DNA from: the human T2T-CHM13v2.0 reference genome, Homo sapiens
Length of the DNA: 64,000 bases
Assembly: GCF_009914755.1 (NCBI RefSeq)
Contig: NC_060927.1
Direction: 5' to 3' (one strand)
Position numbers and translations under genes: made by a program. Under the pieces are notes generated by a model. The model was given only the letters and a program-made list of their open reading frames with translations. It ran no database searches and was not told the origin of the DNA. How positions within the stretch are numbered: position 1 is the first letter of the stretch; every line of letters begins with the position of its first letter. Positions 14,190-28,489 of the stretch are shown here, piece after piece.

Positions 14190-14844
14190 AATGGAACGGA
14201 TGATATAAGAATCTACTAATGACTGGGAAATTTTACTCAGGCATAAGTGCTAGGATATCCTGGTTAATGAAAAATTAATAATTACAATTAGTTTTTCCTG
14301 TCTAAATGACTAAAAGGAAAAGTTCAAACAATAAATGAATTACTGAGACTGTTTCTTGCCTGCCCCTGTTCTGGACGTGACCAATTTTAGCCTCAAAGAA
14401 TTTTGTGATCCCCAAGGGTCTAGGAAGAAGAAAAGAGCTCAAGGAATTAAAGTGTTCAGAGATGAGGAGAATAGACTTGAAATAAGTAGTGTACCAATTA
14501 ATGGCAGATCTTTACTAACCAGACTGCAAACAATAGATATTTTTGAAATGTCACAAAATTAAAGTTACGAAGTCTATAGAAAACAAATTAAACAATGGCA
14601 CATTGGTAAGAACCATATAAATGATTATCCCAGTTTTCATTGTTTGGTTGATTATGAAAGACATAAATTGTGGGCAGTACCTAAGCTGTACATTTTTTTC
14701 TTGCTTTACTGCCTATTTTTTTCTTTGTTTCAGTCACCATTTAATGCCTTTGGAAAAGTATAATGATGTATGGAATGGCTTTTATACACATTCCTTCTCT
14801 GTAGGTTATCTTTTTAACCTTTTCTGCATGACAATTCCAAGATA

Positions 14845-14985
14845 ATATATATATATGAAATTTAGCACATAAGAATATCCTTGTTTTTATGTTTTGCTCA
14901 AAAATGCAAATGTACATATATATATCTGAATATATATGTATGTTTGTGTCTATGTGTGTGTATATATATATATGTATATACATAT
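14845..14985. repeat. TA/TG-rich low-complexity tract
   Basis: Interrupted (TA)n and (TG)n runs. Confidence 0.75.
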
Positions 14986-15944
14986 TATTTCTGTGCTGAT
15001 TTATGTAACCATATTTACCCACCAATTCCCTAGAAAAGGTCCCTTCAATGCTTGTTATTTGGCATTCCTCAATTTCTTTTGTTCTGTGTTTTGGCTAAGG
15101 TGGATATTTTCTTGAAATATTCTACTTCTCCTGGCACTGAAGTATTCATTCACTAATTTACGTCCTTCCTCCCACCGTAAGTGCCCTGTATGCCTCTTTC
15201 TCTTAGCCAGTGATGTGGAATTCAAGCCACAAGGGACATTTTACTTTGGAAAACACTGCCTTCCAGGAACTAGCCAGGTCTACATTTCTCCATTCATTTT
15301 CCATTACTGCTTGCCCCAGACATTTTGCTGCAATAACGTAGACCTGCTGGCAATGCCTTACATAATCCAGTGTATTTTATTGTCTCCTTTTCTTTTCAAA
15401 GGCTCTTTCCTTTCTTCAGTCTTTATCACTTGTATATCAGATGTATAATTCCTATCTCTCCCTACAAATGCAATTGTTTCCAGCAAGACTTCCTCTAGTC
15501 TCTAGAGTCGGCAAAGCTAATACAGTCCTTCAAGGCCTCATAGCACCCTATAAATTCTAGTGCCATGTGATTTACCATCTTCTACTGAAATAATATGCTT
15601 ATATTCTCCCCAACCTAAATTGCAAAAGAGGTAGGGTGTTGTATTTATCTTAAAACAAGTGCCTGATGACAGAGAGGGCTCAATAAAGATTTATTGTTAG
15701 AAAAATTATTAGACATGTGAAAACAGCCACCCTAGTCGATTGTCAATCATTTTAAGGAGAAAAAGCTGGTCCAAGATATAATTCTTGGTTGAAGCCACAT
15801 TGTTCAACTTTGTAGAAGAATTGCATTGTTATCTGAAGGTGACTGTGTTTTGGAGCCTTGATGTAAATATCCAAAATAAAAACTGCATGTTTATAAAGTA
15901 AAATTAATAATCTAGCTTTTAAAATGCTTACCAAGTATTTTAGC

Positions 15945-16090
15945 TATTCTCAACCCTGGCTGTATACTAAGAATCACCTTGGGAAGCTTGTTAAAGGTAC
16001 AGAGCCAGGGCCCCAAAACAATGCTGATTCAACTCGATGTTTAAAATCCTCCTTAGGGATGACTGAGATGCATTGCTCAAAACATTAGTA
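15945..16090. mobile_element. MER5-like hAT-Charlie MITE
   Basis: ttctcaaccctggctg...agaatcacc.tggga.gcttgttaaa. Confidence 0.6.
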
Positions 16091-16199
16091 ATAGAATCAC
16101 CTTTCTTAGATTAAAATTTTTTTACCAGATGTTTCCAAAATACCAATGTTCTCTCTTCCACCAATAAATAATTTTGTGGCCAAATAATTTTATACAGGG

Positions 16200-16325
16200 T
16201 ACAGTATTATCCTCATTTTACAGAAAAGGAAACTGAGGAAAAACCAGGATAAATGATTTGCCATGGTATCCTATATGTTATAGCTGTAAGACTGACATCC
16301 AGGTTTATTGAAATCTAATGTTCTT
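16200..16325 (-). mobile_element. MIR fragment
   Basis: cattttacagaaaaggaaactgagg core. Confidence 0.65.
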
Positions 16326-16865
16326 CCTTCACATCATACTGACTCTGAAATTGTGTGGGGTTGGTAAACAAACTTCTGAACTCAATCTATAAACTGGATC
16401 TGAATCTGGGTTTTTTGGTGGTTGGCATATCACAAGGCAGAAATGCATACACATTAAATAAAACAAAAACTGATGGAGAAAACTAAACCAGAGCAACTTG
16501 AAATAAAACAAGGGCTATTAAAAAGTATCTCCAACAGTTGACTTGCTTTTAATACAGAGTAGGCTATTTTTAATTCCCACCAAATTGCTAAAGCACTAGT
16601 TCTCTCTTCTGCATATTTTTTTTCTCTACTCTGCCTATTTTTCACTCATGGGCCTTTCTTAATAAGTTAAAGAAACTAATGTAAAAGTGGACTAAGTCAG
16701 AAGCTTGAAACATTTAATAAAGGTCAAGTGTTCAGCAAGACGTTCTCAGTTGTGGAGATAAAGGAAGGATAAAGTCAAGGATATCTGATATTTCTAAAAA
16801 CCTTAAAGATTAAGTCCACCTGAACCACAGGTGAAGCTAAGCCAGCACCACAGAATTTCTCTTAA

Positions 16866-17222
<357 letters not shown>

Positions 17223-18026
17223 TTTTAACACTTTTAATGTCTACCACATAGAAGCATATATACAATTTTTCGAAAAACACAAAATACAGTGCTGTTGGGT
17301 GATTGGTGGCTTCCTATATAAACTACAATATAAACTATAAAAACGAAAATATAAACTGTAACCATTTAAACCACTCTTTTCATGGCCCAAAGGGGTTTGC
17401 AAACCCCAAGTAGTTTCCCATGAGCAAGCACATTGAGAAACACTGATTTAAGAGGTTATTTTGTTAGAACACTACCTAATACATTTTGTATTTCCCATGC
17501 ACTTCAAGACTTCCATAGGGGCTCTTAGAATATACTATCATCTTAAAATACCTTTTCTAGTTTTAAAATTTTCTTATCAAAGAATGCACACATAGCAACA
17601 AATACAAGGGTACAAAACAGCTTCAGATGAAGAACAAAACTCTCTGCTCTAACCTTCCCAGTCCAGAGGTAAATATTTAAAACACTGATTTACTATTAGG
17701 ACTTTTTTTCTGCTGATTAACATCACAGCTCTAAATAACATGCTAATATATTTAAATCTCTAGGCACTAAGAAAGATGAGAATTTAATATGTATATTCTG
17801 TCACATTTTTTGTCTTTTTTCCATACTTTTCTACATAGTCTTTAAAAGTTTTTATTCATTTAAATATTGTATTGTTATGTTACTCTACAGTTATTTTTAT
17901 TCATTCAATATAAATATTAAATTAATATTTTCATTTAAATATTCTATTATGTTATAACTATACATAGTATGTTTCCACTTTTATGTTTGGTTCCCTTCAT
18001 TTGAATCAGGATCTCAAATTCCCTGA

Positions 18027-18447
<421 letters not shown>

Positions 18448-18637
18448 CATTTACACGTTTAAATGTTCAAAAACTTTCTAACTGAAATATTCTGTCTTTT
18501 AACTGCAACTCATTGTTCCAGACTTTGTCTGTGAGTGACTTTAAAATTTGAAAGCTAATAAACAACAGTATCAGTTTTAATTTTATTAATATTTTTGTCT
18601 GCTGGCTGGATAATGTGACAGAATTAGACTTCTTTTT

Positions 18638-18672
18638 TACACTTGATCTTAGCCAAAAGGCCGAGAAGCTAT
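18638..18672 (-). pseudogene. 3'-truncated (tailless) U2 snRNA retropseudogene, nt 1-35
   Basis: Reverse complement ATAGCTTCTCGGCCTTTTGGCTAAGATCAAGTGTA is 34/35 identical to the U2 5' end. Direct repeat ATTAGACTTCTTTTTTA at 18623-18639 and 18671-18687. Confidence 0.96.
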
Positions 18673-19184
18673 TAGACTTCTTTTTTATGCTTTCAATACT
18701 ACAAATCTTGGCTTGTTCAAAAGGGAATTTTTTAGCTTCAAGCAAAGTAGCTTCTCTTTTCTTATTATCCATCAGTACTTAAAATTCTGTTTTATTTTTG
18801 TCTTCTACATATATAAACCATGTTTTTCTAGTTTCTTTTTCCCTTTATTTTCTACAAATAATGTGTTTTTATCTTGATGTAAAACAAATTTTCCTCTTCT
18901 TAGTCATCAGTCACCATGTTTTCAGCCCTACTGGTCCCATGCTTTCTGCCTTATTCATCCATCATTCTACCTGCAGACCCTAATTCTAGACTGTCTCCAG
19001 GATCTGACCTCACACTCCTCTAGTTTTCTATTCCATGCACTTCATGTACCCTATGGTTTCTAGAAATATTTAAAGCTTTCATCTATTGGCAATCCCAAAC
19101 ACCTCTGGTCTTTTGCAGCTATATTTCCTTTTTGTATCTCTTTAAATTTAAGCAAATCTCCAGAGAAAAGAGATTGTATGTGTA

Positions 19185-19242
19185 GAATCTTTGTGCCAGT
19201 TTGAAATATAACGAATCTTTGTGCCAGTTTGAAATATAACGA
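19185..19242. repeat. Perfect 28-bp tandem duplication
   Basis: GAATCTTTGTGCCAGTTTGAAATATAAC x2, plus GA. Confidence 0.97.
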
Positions 19243-20053
19243 GAGTTATTTCTAAATGTGTTTTAAATAACAAATCTAAAGAAAAGTAATCTTGGTTCCT
19301 AAAAATGTATATTCATCCAAAATACCTGACATCAATAAAGTTTGCAGGTAAAGGATTATTGTTGCTCATATTTGACCATAAAAAACTATTCCATTTAAAT
19401 AATAGGCTTTCTAAGTAACATTTTGCCATCAAGAACATGATTTAGGATCATGTCACTTCCTCTGAAATCTTCTGGGAACTCTTAGTGAGAGTTACTTTCC
19501 TTTTCTTGGAATACATAATTCCTTCCATTATGAAAATAATATATGACAGCTAAAACTACATTTTTAGCTTTTCTCTGTTGCTAAATTTCCTTTGTCTTTT
19601 AAGTAAACTTTCTAAACCAGTTCTCCAGATCTTTCTGGATAACCATTTGCATTTTGTAAAGGAATCTTGGCTCAAAATAAGCAAACATAAAGAAAGGCAA
19701 TCACAATAAAGGAAATGTACTAGTACTATAGATTTCTGTTAATTACCTGGCAAAATAATCTGGCTGCCTACGCACCTCCAGGATAGTGATGTTAACTCTT
19801 AAGAAAAACAAATCGTGGATCAAGTGTCAGTCTACTAAGCCAAATTTCAAACTACTCCAAAACTTTCCACAGGAAAGGGCCATATACTGCATAACACGCC
19901 TTGGCAAAAGTTCCCGTAGCTGTTTTCACTTTATCATATAAATCCACAAAGGAATACATTAAAGACAACACATGGTTCAAATAGGTGATAAAGGGGATAG
20001 CTGAGCATGGAAAATGGAGAGATAAAATTGGTCCTAAAGCAATAAGGTATCCT

Positions 20054-20388
20054 GGCCTGGCGCAGTAGCTCATGTCTGTAGTCCTAGTACTTTGAGAGGG
20101 TGAGGTAGGGGAACTACTTGAAGCCAAGAGTCCAAGACCAGTCTCGGCAACATAGCAAGACCCCATCTCTACAAAATTAAATAAATATATTATAAATACA
20201 AATACATACACACACACACACACATTTGGGCATGGTGGCACGCACCTGTAGGCCCAACTACTTGAAAGGCTAAGATGAGAGGATCACTTAAGACCAGTGG
20301 ATTGAGGCTGTAGTGAATTATATTTGTGCCACTGCATTCCAGCCTGGGTGACAGAGGGAGACTCTGTCCCTAAGGGGAAAAAAAAGAA
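20054..20388 (+). mobile_element. AluJ SINE with (CA)n in the central linker
   Basis: caacatagcaagaccccatctctac; (CA)n at about 20207-20224. Confidence 0.9.
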
Positions 20389-20999
20389 AGTATGTTGGAA
20401 TACAAATATTGAGGTGGGTAGGCCTGTATTGGCCTTCCAGAATAGTGCATCCATTACTGTTTTTATCTTGAAAAAGACTACTGGGAAGATTAAATGAAAT
20501 AATATAAGCAAAGTACTTAAAGCCAGGCATGTTCAGAATCCATAATGGTATTGCGGTTTTCAGACACCATTATCCTTCAGATACTGAGGGCCAAATAAAC
20601 AGGAGAAGTTATTAGACTCCTATGCTGTATGTCCAATGCTTATGGTCATGATGAAATATATAATCATTAGAATATTCTATATTGATTGTAGAGAGATTAG
20701 TTAATATAGTAAAGAACTGAAAACAATGAATTAAAGACAAATTGAGGAGGTTGGGCAGTTTGATAAAGTTGTAAGGAAGAAGCTGAACATGTAGGCTTGC
20801 AAGAAGGATGGAATTCAGTCAGTGCTGACAAGCGGGAAGGATGCTGTCTACATGGACAGAAGATGTTTCCTGCATCGCTGCAGAGTTTTGTTCAAGGATG
20901 GATATGTAACCTAACTGGGCAGAAAAAATAATGCAAAACAAGTGGTTCTGACCTTCAGAAAATAACCCAGAGTAATGAAGGGTAGACAAAAACATAAAT

Positions 21000-22400
21000 A
21001 TATTTTAATTAGAATTAGCAAGTATTGAAATAAAGATATAAGTTAAGTACTTGGGAACAGAGGAGAGGGGTTGTTTACTCAGTTTGTGGGCATCCTGGAA
21101 GACTTCAAATGAGTGATAATATTTGAGCTGGATGAGTAGGAATTATTTACTTAGAAAGGAGAAAATGATAGAACAGAAACACCCATGTAAACGTATGAAA
21201 GAATGTTATGTCAGTAAACGTTTAAAATTTTGGTATGAATGGAGAATAGTATATCTGGAAGAGATGAAAGTGGCAAGATAGATTGGGACACACAGATGAA
21301 TTGTCCTGTGTGCTGTGTTAATGAATTTGGACTTTTCCCCTTTTAGCAATGTTAGGTGAAAAGGAGCATTCAACTCAAATGTATACATAAGAAAGTTTGT
21401 ATTTTAGAAAAAAATAATTTGGACAAGAAATTGAAGGAAGAAAGTCAATCTGGAGTTAAAAAGACAAGAAGTTTCGTTTTGTAATAGTCCAGCTGAAAAA
21501 TACAGGACATAATTCAGCCTGTAGCAACTGGAAGACTGAAGGAGAGACTGGGGACATTTTTAGGATACAGGCTTTTAAGTCAGCAATACCTTTTTGAAAT
21601 AAGGCCCCAGGCTCATTCTTCTCATTTGGGTAACTGAATGAATAGTGACAACACAGACCATCATATGAATAAAGGAAGAATGGCAAATTTTAGAAGGATG
21701 TGTAGACAAGGGAATTAGTTCATATTAGGAACATTAAATTTTATATGCTTTTAGCAGGTTTATGAGATGTGTAGTAGATATGTAAGAAACTTAAAATAAG
21801 GTTGAAGAGTTTTAAAATGTGTTCAGTGTTGAGGTTAAATATAAGAATTATTGGTATAACTGAAGACATAAGAGTGAATGATATGTAACAGACTTTGAGT
21901 AACGTTAGAAGAAACAGGGCTACCATTCCTGGGAAAGCACTGATGTTTTCAGGGATGGCAGAGAAAAAAGATCCAACAAAGGAGCCTGAAGAGGTGAGAG
22001 TGGGAGGAGAAATAGGAGAGAATGGGATACATATCTAAAGGGAAAGAGGACTGAGAAAAAAGGGATTATCAGACAGGCCAATTTCTGTGCAATTTTTGAA
22101 GGTTTTTAAAAAGGTAGGTTCTATTATCTCCTTTGGATGCCCAGTTTTAGTGCCCATCAGTTTATAATGACTACATTATAAGCATGTAGTCCATGGCAGG
22201 CACTGTGACTAAGCCTGAGGATAAAAAGACAAGATAAAGTTCCTGGTCTCAATGAGTGTGCAGTCTAGTGGGGATGACAAATGTATGTAGAGATAAATAC
22301 CACAGAACACGATATTATGATAATTGCTGTAAAACAGAATCATAATTAGAAACACAAGGGAGGAAATAATGTTGTTGGGGATGGGTCATAATAAGGCTTT
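21000..22400 (-). mobile_element. Degenerate L2 fragments
   Basis: Purine-rich antisense L2 motifs (atttgagctggatgagtagga; gttcctggtctcaatgag..cagtctagtgggg). Confidence 0.55.
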
Positions 22401-23077
22401 ATAGTGGGAGAAAAGTTACAAGTTAAGAGCAAAGTTGTTTTCCTCAAGCTTTCTCAGTAGTTTTATTAGGTTCAACTTTTAAGACTTTCATCTCATAGCT
22501 AAATGGAAAATTTCTGATTAATTACTAGCTGCTTTCAAAAATTTACCTTTATTTACAAATTCATATTTTATGATTTAATTTTTAGAATGCATAATGTTAA
22601 TGTGTAAAGACCTCCTGATTTAATAGAAGAATGTATGAAAAACTTAACTATGTCTGTAAGAATAATAAGCATTTATCAAACAGTATATAACCTTATAGAG
22701 ATAACATATACAATATATATAAAGACATTAAAGAAAAAACTAAGACGTATATTTATGGATAGAAACATTAAAAATAATTTTTAAAAGTCTGTTTTCTTAA
22801 AATTTATAGAGTAAATGCCATGTGAATAAAGTATAATATGATTTTTCATAAGACTTGAAAGCATAATTCTAAAATTTACATAGGAGAGGAAGTTATCAAG
22901 AATAGATAAACCACCCTTAAAGAATGAGAACATGTAGAGGCCATGACCTACTAGACATCAAGCCTTATTTTATAGCTATGGATTAAGTTACTGGCACTCA
23001 CCCAGAGAAAAAGAAATAGGCCACTCCAACAGATCTGAAGCCTACAAGCAGATCCATTTTCAAATGTAATATGCTCA

Positions 23078-23480
23078 TACATCCACTCACTCAATTAATA
23101 TTACTGAGCATTTATTATGTGCTAGGCATTTTTCTAGGTTTTGGGGTTTCAGCAGTAAATAAAACCAACAAAAATCATTTTCCTTATTGTGTTTGTGTTT
23201 TAGTGGGAGAGAGACACAATAAGATAAATAAGACAAGTATACACAAATTCAAATAGTCACAAGAGTATTGGAAAAAATAAGGGATGTGGTATTGCAAAAG
23301 TTTGGAAAAGTATTGAATTTTAGATATAAATGGCCATATGTGGCCTCACTGAAAAAAATGACTTTAGAGAAAAAGGCTGAAGGAAGTACAGAAGGGAGCA
23401 TGTCGCTGCCTGAGGGAAGAGCACTTCAGGCAAAGGCCCAAGCAAGTGCAAAGACCCTGCAGTCGGAGTTTACCTGAGGA
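23078..23480 (-). mobile_element. L2a 3' end inserted in L1M
   Basis: catccactcactcaa..tattactgagcatttattatgtgctaggc; gcaagtgcaaagaccctg. Confidence 0.7.
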
Positions 23481-24146
23481 AGATATGTCATTGTCATTCA
23501 GTGGAGACAGAAAAGACAAATCAATGAATGAGCTGGGACAATTGTTTACTCTTAAAAATAAAGAAATGAATTTTGTAACCTATACAAAAATTTCTAGTAG
23601 ATCATAGACTTAAATGCGAAAAGCAAAATTTTTACCTTATAAGAGTGAAGAAAAATATTTTAATGGCCTTACTGTAGGAAAATATTTTTTACATAAGACA
23701 AAAAAAGCTTGCAACAGCTTTGAAACTAAGGACATTTGTTCATGCAAAGTCACTGTAAAAAGAACAAAAAGACAAGTTACAAATATGACAAAGGATTAAT
23801 ATCCTTCAAATATAAAGAACTCCAACAATTCAGTAAGAAAATCATATTCTAAGAGAAAATGGATATTTCACAGAAAAGAAAACATACCAATAAACATAAA
23901 ATTCTTCTTAGTATCTAGGATATTTAGTGAAAAAAAATCAAAATTACTTTTGGATTCTACTTTTCATCTGAAAGATTTACATACATTTAAAAAAATGTAT
24001 AACAGTAGCAACCACTGATGAAGATGTAGAACAAAAAGAACTCTTATACATCTAGGTGGGAGTAAAAATTAGTAGCACTCTTTGGTAACTTCTACTGAAG
24101 TCATGATCCTAGTACTATAAGACCCAGCAATTTCTTTTCTAGGTAA

Positions 24147-24186
24147 TAGACTGTAAAGACTCATGCTAGACTGTAAAGACTCATGC
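24147..24186. repeat. Perfect 20-bp tandem duplication
   Basis: TAGACTGTAAAGACTCATGC x2. Confidence 0.97.
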
Positions 24187-25077
24187 AGCTGTGGACAAGT
24201 AGGCATGTGCAAGAGCATTATTAACAGAAGTCTTTGTAACAGCAAAAGCATGGATCCAGATATCCATCTACAGTGGAATAGACCTGTACCCTATGGTCTA
24301 TTCACACAGCAGATTAGCTACACAGCACAATAAGAAAAGAATGCAGCTAAATGTGTCAACATGGATGGATCTCAGACACATAATAGGGAGTGGAAAAATA
24401 AGTAATGGGAGGTTACTATGTATATGTATATGCTATGCTATTTCATAATAAAACTTTTTTTATTGTGATTACTTCTGACAGAGAGGCAAGGGGATATGAC
24501 CAGCAGGGAGAAGCACAAATTATTTTAAAAGTGAAAGATAATGTTTAATTTTTTAAGTTGGGTACGAGGTACATGTAGTTTATATTACATTATGCTTTTA
24601 TAATTTACATATATACTTTGTATATTTGTATACATCAAATATTTTATTGAAGAAAGCAAAATGAGAATTTATAGAATAATATAACTTTATAATGAACGTT
24701 TGAAAATTACACCATAAAAAATGAATTACATTGTTTTTATCTGTTGAATTTTCATCCCGAAAAATGGCCCAGACAACCAATCATTTAGTATAGTCACAAT
24801 TAACAAAGTGGAGGCAGTGAGTGTTCTTTCTTTTTTTCTTCCTTTCATTTGTTGGTGGGAGATGAGCGGAGGATGTAGTATTAAACCCCAAAATTCCTAT
24901 AATAGCTGTCTAACGCTGCCTAATCAATGAGAAAACCTAAAACATAAATATTCAAATTAATCTCATTTCCATTATATTTTTTAGAAAGTAAATTAAAATA
25001 TTAAATATGTATACAGCATCTTTATATTACATGCTGGACCTGGTAACCGAAAATAAATAAGTATGAAAAATGTTTCA

Positions 25078-25366
25078 GGCCAGACGCAACTTCTCACTCC
25101 TATACACTCAGCACTTTGAAGGCCAAGGCAGGAGGATCACTTGAGCCCAGAAGTTTGAGACCAGCCTGGGTAAAATAGCAAGACCTTGTCTCCCCAAAAA
25201 AAAAATTAAAAATGAGCTGGGCATGGTGACATGTGCCTGTAATCCCAGCTACTTGAGAACCTGAGGTATGAGGATCACTTAGCTGGAGTGTTCAACCTGC
25301 AGTGAGCCAATATCATGCCACTGCACCTCAGCCTGGGAGACAGACCACATCTCAAAACAAAACAAA
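25078..25366 (+). mobile_element. AluJ SINE
   Basis: ggaggatcacttgagcccag diagnostic; degraded TSD ending in GTTTCA. Confidence 0.9.
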
Positions 25367-26139
25367 GTTTCATGAGGTTCCTCATACTTTCTTGGAATTA
25401 AATTATAATCAACAAAAATTCCATATTATAATTTTTTTTTTACAAGTGCCCCCTCAATAAACAAAATAATTTCACAATATTATATTTTATGTAACCAAAA
25501 GGAAATGAGGAGTCTGTTTGTCCCTCTATCACTTAAATACCTCTCAGGAGGGGGGAACATCAGTGAATGGTTAGCAAAATAGAACAAAGTGAAAATGAAA
25601 TTTAATAGACTTCCAGAATCATTATTCACCAAGATTTACCTTTAATGAGTTGATTATAATGATTAATTACTATAATAATTAATGTTGTTTTAAAAGTCAA
25701 TATTTTAGTCCAATATGAATATAAATTAATTTACTAGGCATCATAAGTATTTGCTACATTGTCCTCACAAAGAGGAAACCCACATGCAATACATTTAGTA
25801 TGTATTAACCTGCACAGGGTCACACCCTGAGCCTCCATTTTAGCAGGAAGCACTCCGCTTCTGAAGTCCTAAACTCATTCACTCTGTCCACAAGCTACTT
25901 TGAGTTACAGTCTGCTTTTTTATCTCTCTATATCATGTTTTTAGCCTCATTCAGAACAGTTTTTTTCCAGTTGTAATTCCTTCTCCAATATCTAGCCTAG
26001 GAACCTTTGTCTTTCATACCAATGGCTTTCATGTTTCAGTTGCTACACTACACTTCCAGCATATTTTTGTTTAAACTTTTCCATCATAGATCAACCAAAC
26101 ATCTGACTTCTTAGCTATTCATATTATTACAGTTCATCT

Positions 26140-26345
26140 TTACTGGCTGTTCAAACCCAATACTCCCGTTACTAGCAGTGAGATATGTTAGTTAATCTCT
26201 TTAAGCCTGATTATTTATAAATGAGATAATAACATGTGACATATAGGCATGCTGTGGCGATTAAGTGAGATTATATTTGCAAAGGACTTAATTACTATAG
26301 TTTCTGGCATAATTTTTTCATAATTATGATTTATGGTTATTAGTT
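26140..26345 (+). mobile_element. MIR SINE
   Basis: ttcaaaccca; taaatgagataataa; attaagtgagat. Confidence 0.55.
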
Positions 26346-28489
26346 GTTTTCTTGACTTATCTAAACCAAACACCTATGTAGATTTCCTGCTGGTTTCCAC
26401 ATTCTTGCTGCTTTTCTGTAAGATCTTTTATAAGATATGGCTTTTCTTCCCATCACTTGAATGATACTGTTCTTCAGTATTCCATCTGTATTCCAATCTG
26501 ATGATTTATTTATCTATTGTGATTTAGTATTCTTGTGAAAGGATACTACTTTTTGAATCATAAACAAACAGCAAGAGAAACAAGTTAATGATTGCTACAG
26601 ATGGCAATATATTGATGTGTCTTGAATTACCCTCTTCTAATTGTGTTCTCTACAATAGGATTTATATTTTCTCATAGAGCTTTTCCTCCTTAGTAATTTT
26701 GTCTTCATGGCAAAAAAAAAAAAAACAAAAAACAAAAAAAAAAAACAATTATTGCATTATGTGTAATTTTCTGCTCTTTGAAAAAGAGAACAAAAAAAAT
26801 CTATCTGCAGTAAAGCTTATGTTTGCTCAAACTCCCATTCTCAAATCAGATCGTTTAGAGGAGAAAGGAATGGCAACTTCTGTTTTAGGAATTTGAATCC
26901 CAGCAACAGGTACATTTCAAGAATAAAACCTATTCCATTTTCTTCTAAGTAGAAAACAGTTAGAATCTGTCAAACAAAGTACAAAACTTCCACAAGGGAA
27001 AAGCATTCTAGAACATAAAGCCATTCATTGATCCAAATCAAATGGAAAGGTGGTGGATCTCCTAAGCAGGCCCCTTGTTTTAACATGTTCTATTCCCTAC
27101 ACCTGCTACAGGGCAGCAAGGGCTGAAATATGCCCTGCACAGCAAGCTTCTGACCGACTTGGAAATGACATCATGTGTGGCAGATCCTTGCGTGACCTCA
27201 GAGTATCCTCCACACATCTACAGCCACCCGGGAATAATAGCTTCAGGTCACCAAATGCCTTTTCCCCGGCTGCTGTATGTCATGCTTTTGCTCATCTTTC
27301 TTTTCTGGTCACTCCCAACTAGTCCTGCTTGAGATCTCTCAACTCAACTCACTTACTGTTTTACAATGAGGACTCTGGCTATCTGTCCTTAAAGGAAGGA
27401 CCTTGGATGTGATGGCCAAGGGTCTGGGTTTTCTCCATCATTCCCTACCTCTCCTAGCTTCAAGACTGCCTTTAGCAGTTATTCTACCTCCCAATCCATT
27501 GCCTCACTTCCTAGACAAATCTTTTTTTCTTTCCGTCTTTACCCTTGAACCAGATCCAACTCAGGGCCAAAACATTAAAAACAATTTCTGAAATGGAAAT
27601 GGCTCTTACTCTATCCTTTGTGGACAAAGTTCCACGATTAACATATTTTCTATACGAGTTTTAAAAAGAGAAGGCTGAGGAAGGGGCAGAGAAGTAAATA
27701 AAAGCCTTTTGCCATCTCTTGCCTTTAGTATTAGTAGTAAATCTTTCTTTCTGAACACAATCCCACCTTACTCAAACATATGTGTGAGCACACACACATG
27801 CCAATATGTACACACAATGCATTTTAAAAACATGAAAAGGGTTTATTTTCCTTCTGGATTTTCTAGATATATATTATAGACTTTTTTTAAAAATTACAGT
27901 GAACAACAGGAAAGAAAATGTAATCTGAAACCATGGCAATAAAAAGAGGTTAAAAAAAAAAATAAGCTAGCCCTAAGAAACTGTTGAAAAATAAGAAAAA
28001 AGAGGTTCTTGGGGAGGCAAAAGAAGTGTCAGGGCACTTCTCAGAGCCAAGAGGCCTTCTGATGGATTTATCCCACCACAAAGACCCAACTTCACTGCTG
28101 CTTCCTGTCTAAATCCTGGCTTCCCAGAGCAAAGCTTGACCTAGTAATGAGTGGTTATACTGAAACAGTTAAGGCAGTTTAACTACCAGCAGACAGTAGA
28201 CGCACAGCTTTTCACTGGAGTTGCTGACCCACAAGAACGCAGGGAATGAAAGGCAAGAAGCAACTCTAGCAGATAGGGCTCTTTTGCATGATGGAGTTGG
28301 TCCATTCAGGCAATTCTAAAAGTTGTTCTTTTATCAATTAAAACCATAGGGGTTTCTGTATAATGCTTTACACCAGACCTGCCAAGATCATTCACACTTA
28401 TTTTGCAGTATCCATTTGTTCTCTGGACTTCCCATGGTTGTAGAGCTAGCTAATAGATGGGGTCTGTGTATTTTAATTTAAAACAGCCC

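Larger units (their letters stand above)
22700..24660 (+). mobile_element. L1ME-type ORF2/3' fragment, interrupted by L2
   Basis: aattctaaaatttacat; gacccagcaatt; caacatggatggatctca. Confidence 0.65.

Noticed and set aside
18467-18772. 101-aa ORF with repeated KKKSNS
   Set aside because: The repeat is the TSD of the U2 retrocopy, and FSAFWLRSSV is translated U2 sequence.
26711-26746. Isolated A-rich tract resembling an orphan retro-tail
   Set aside because: No TSD or upstream insert could be identified, so it is treated as simple low-complexity sequence.
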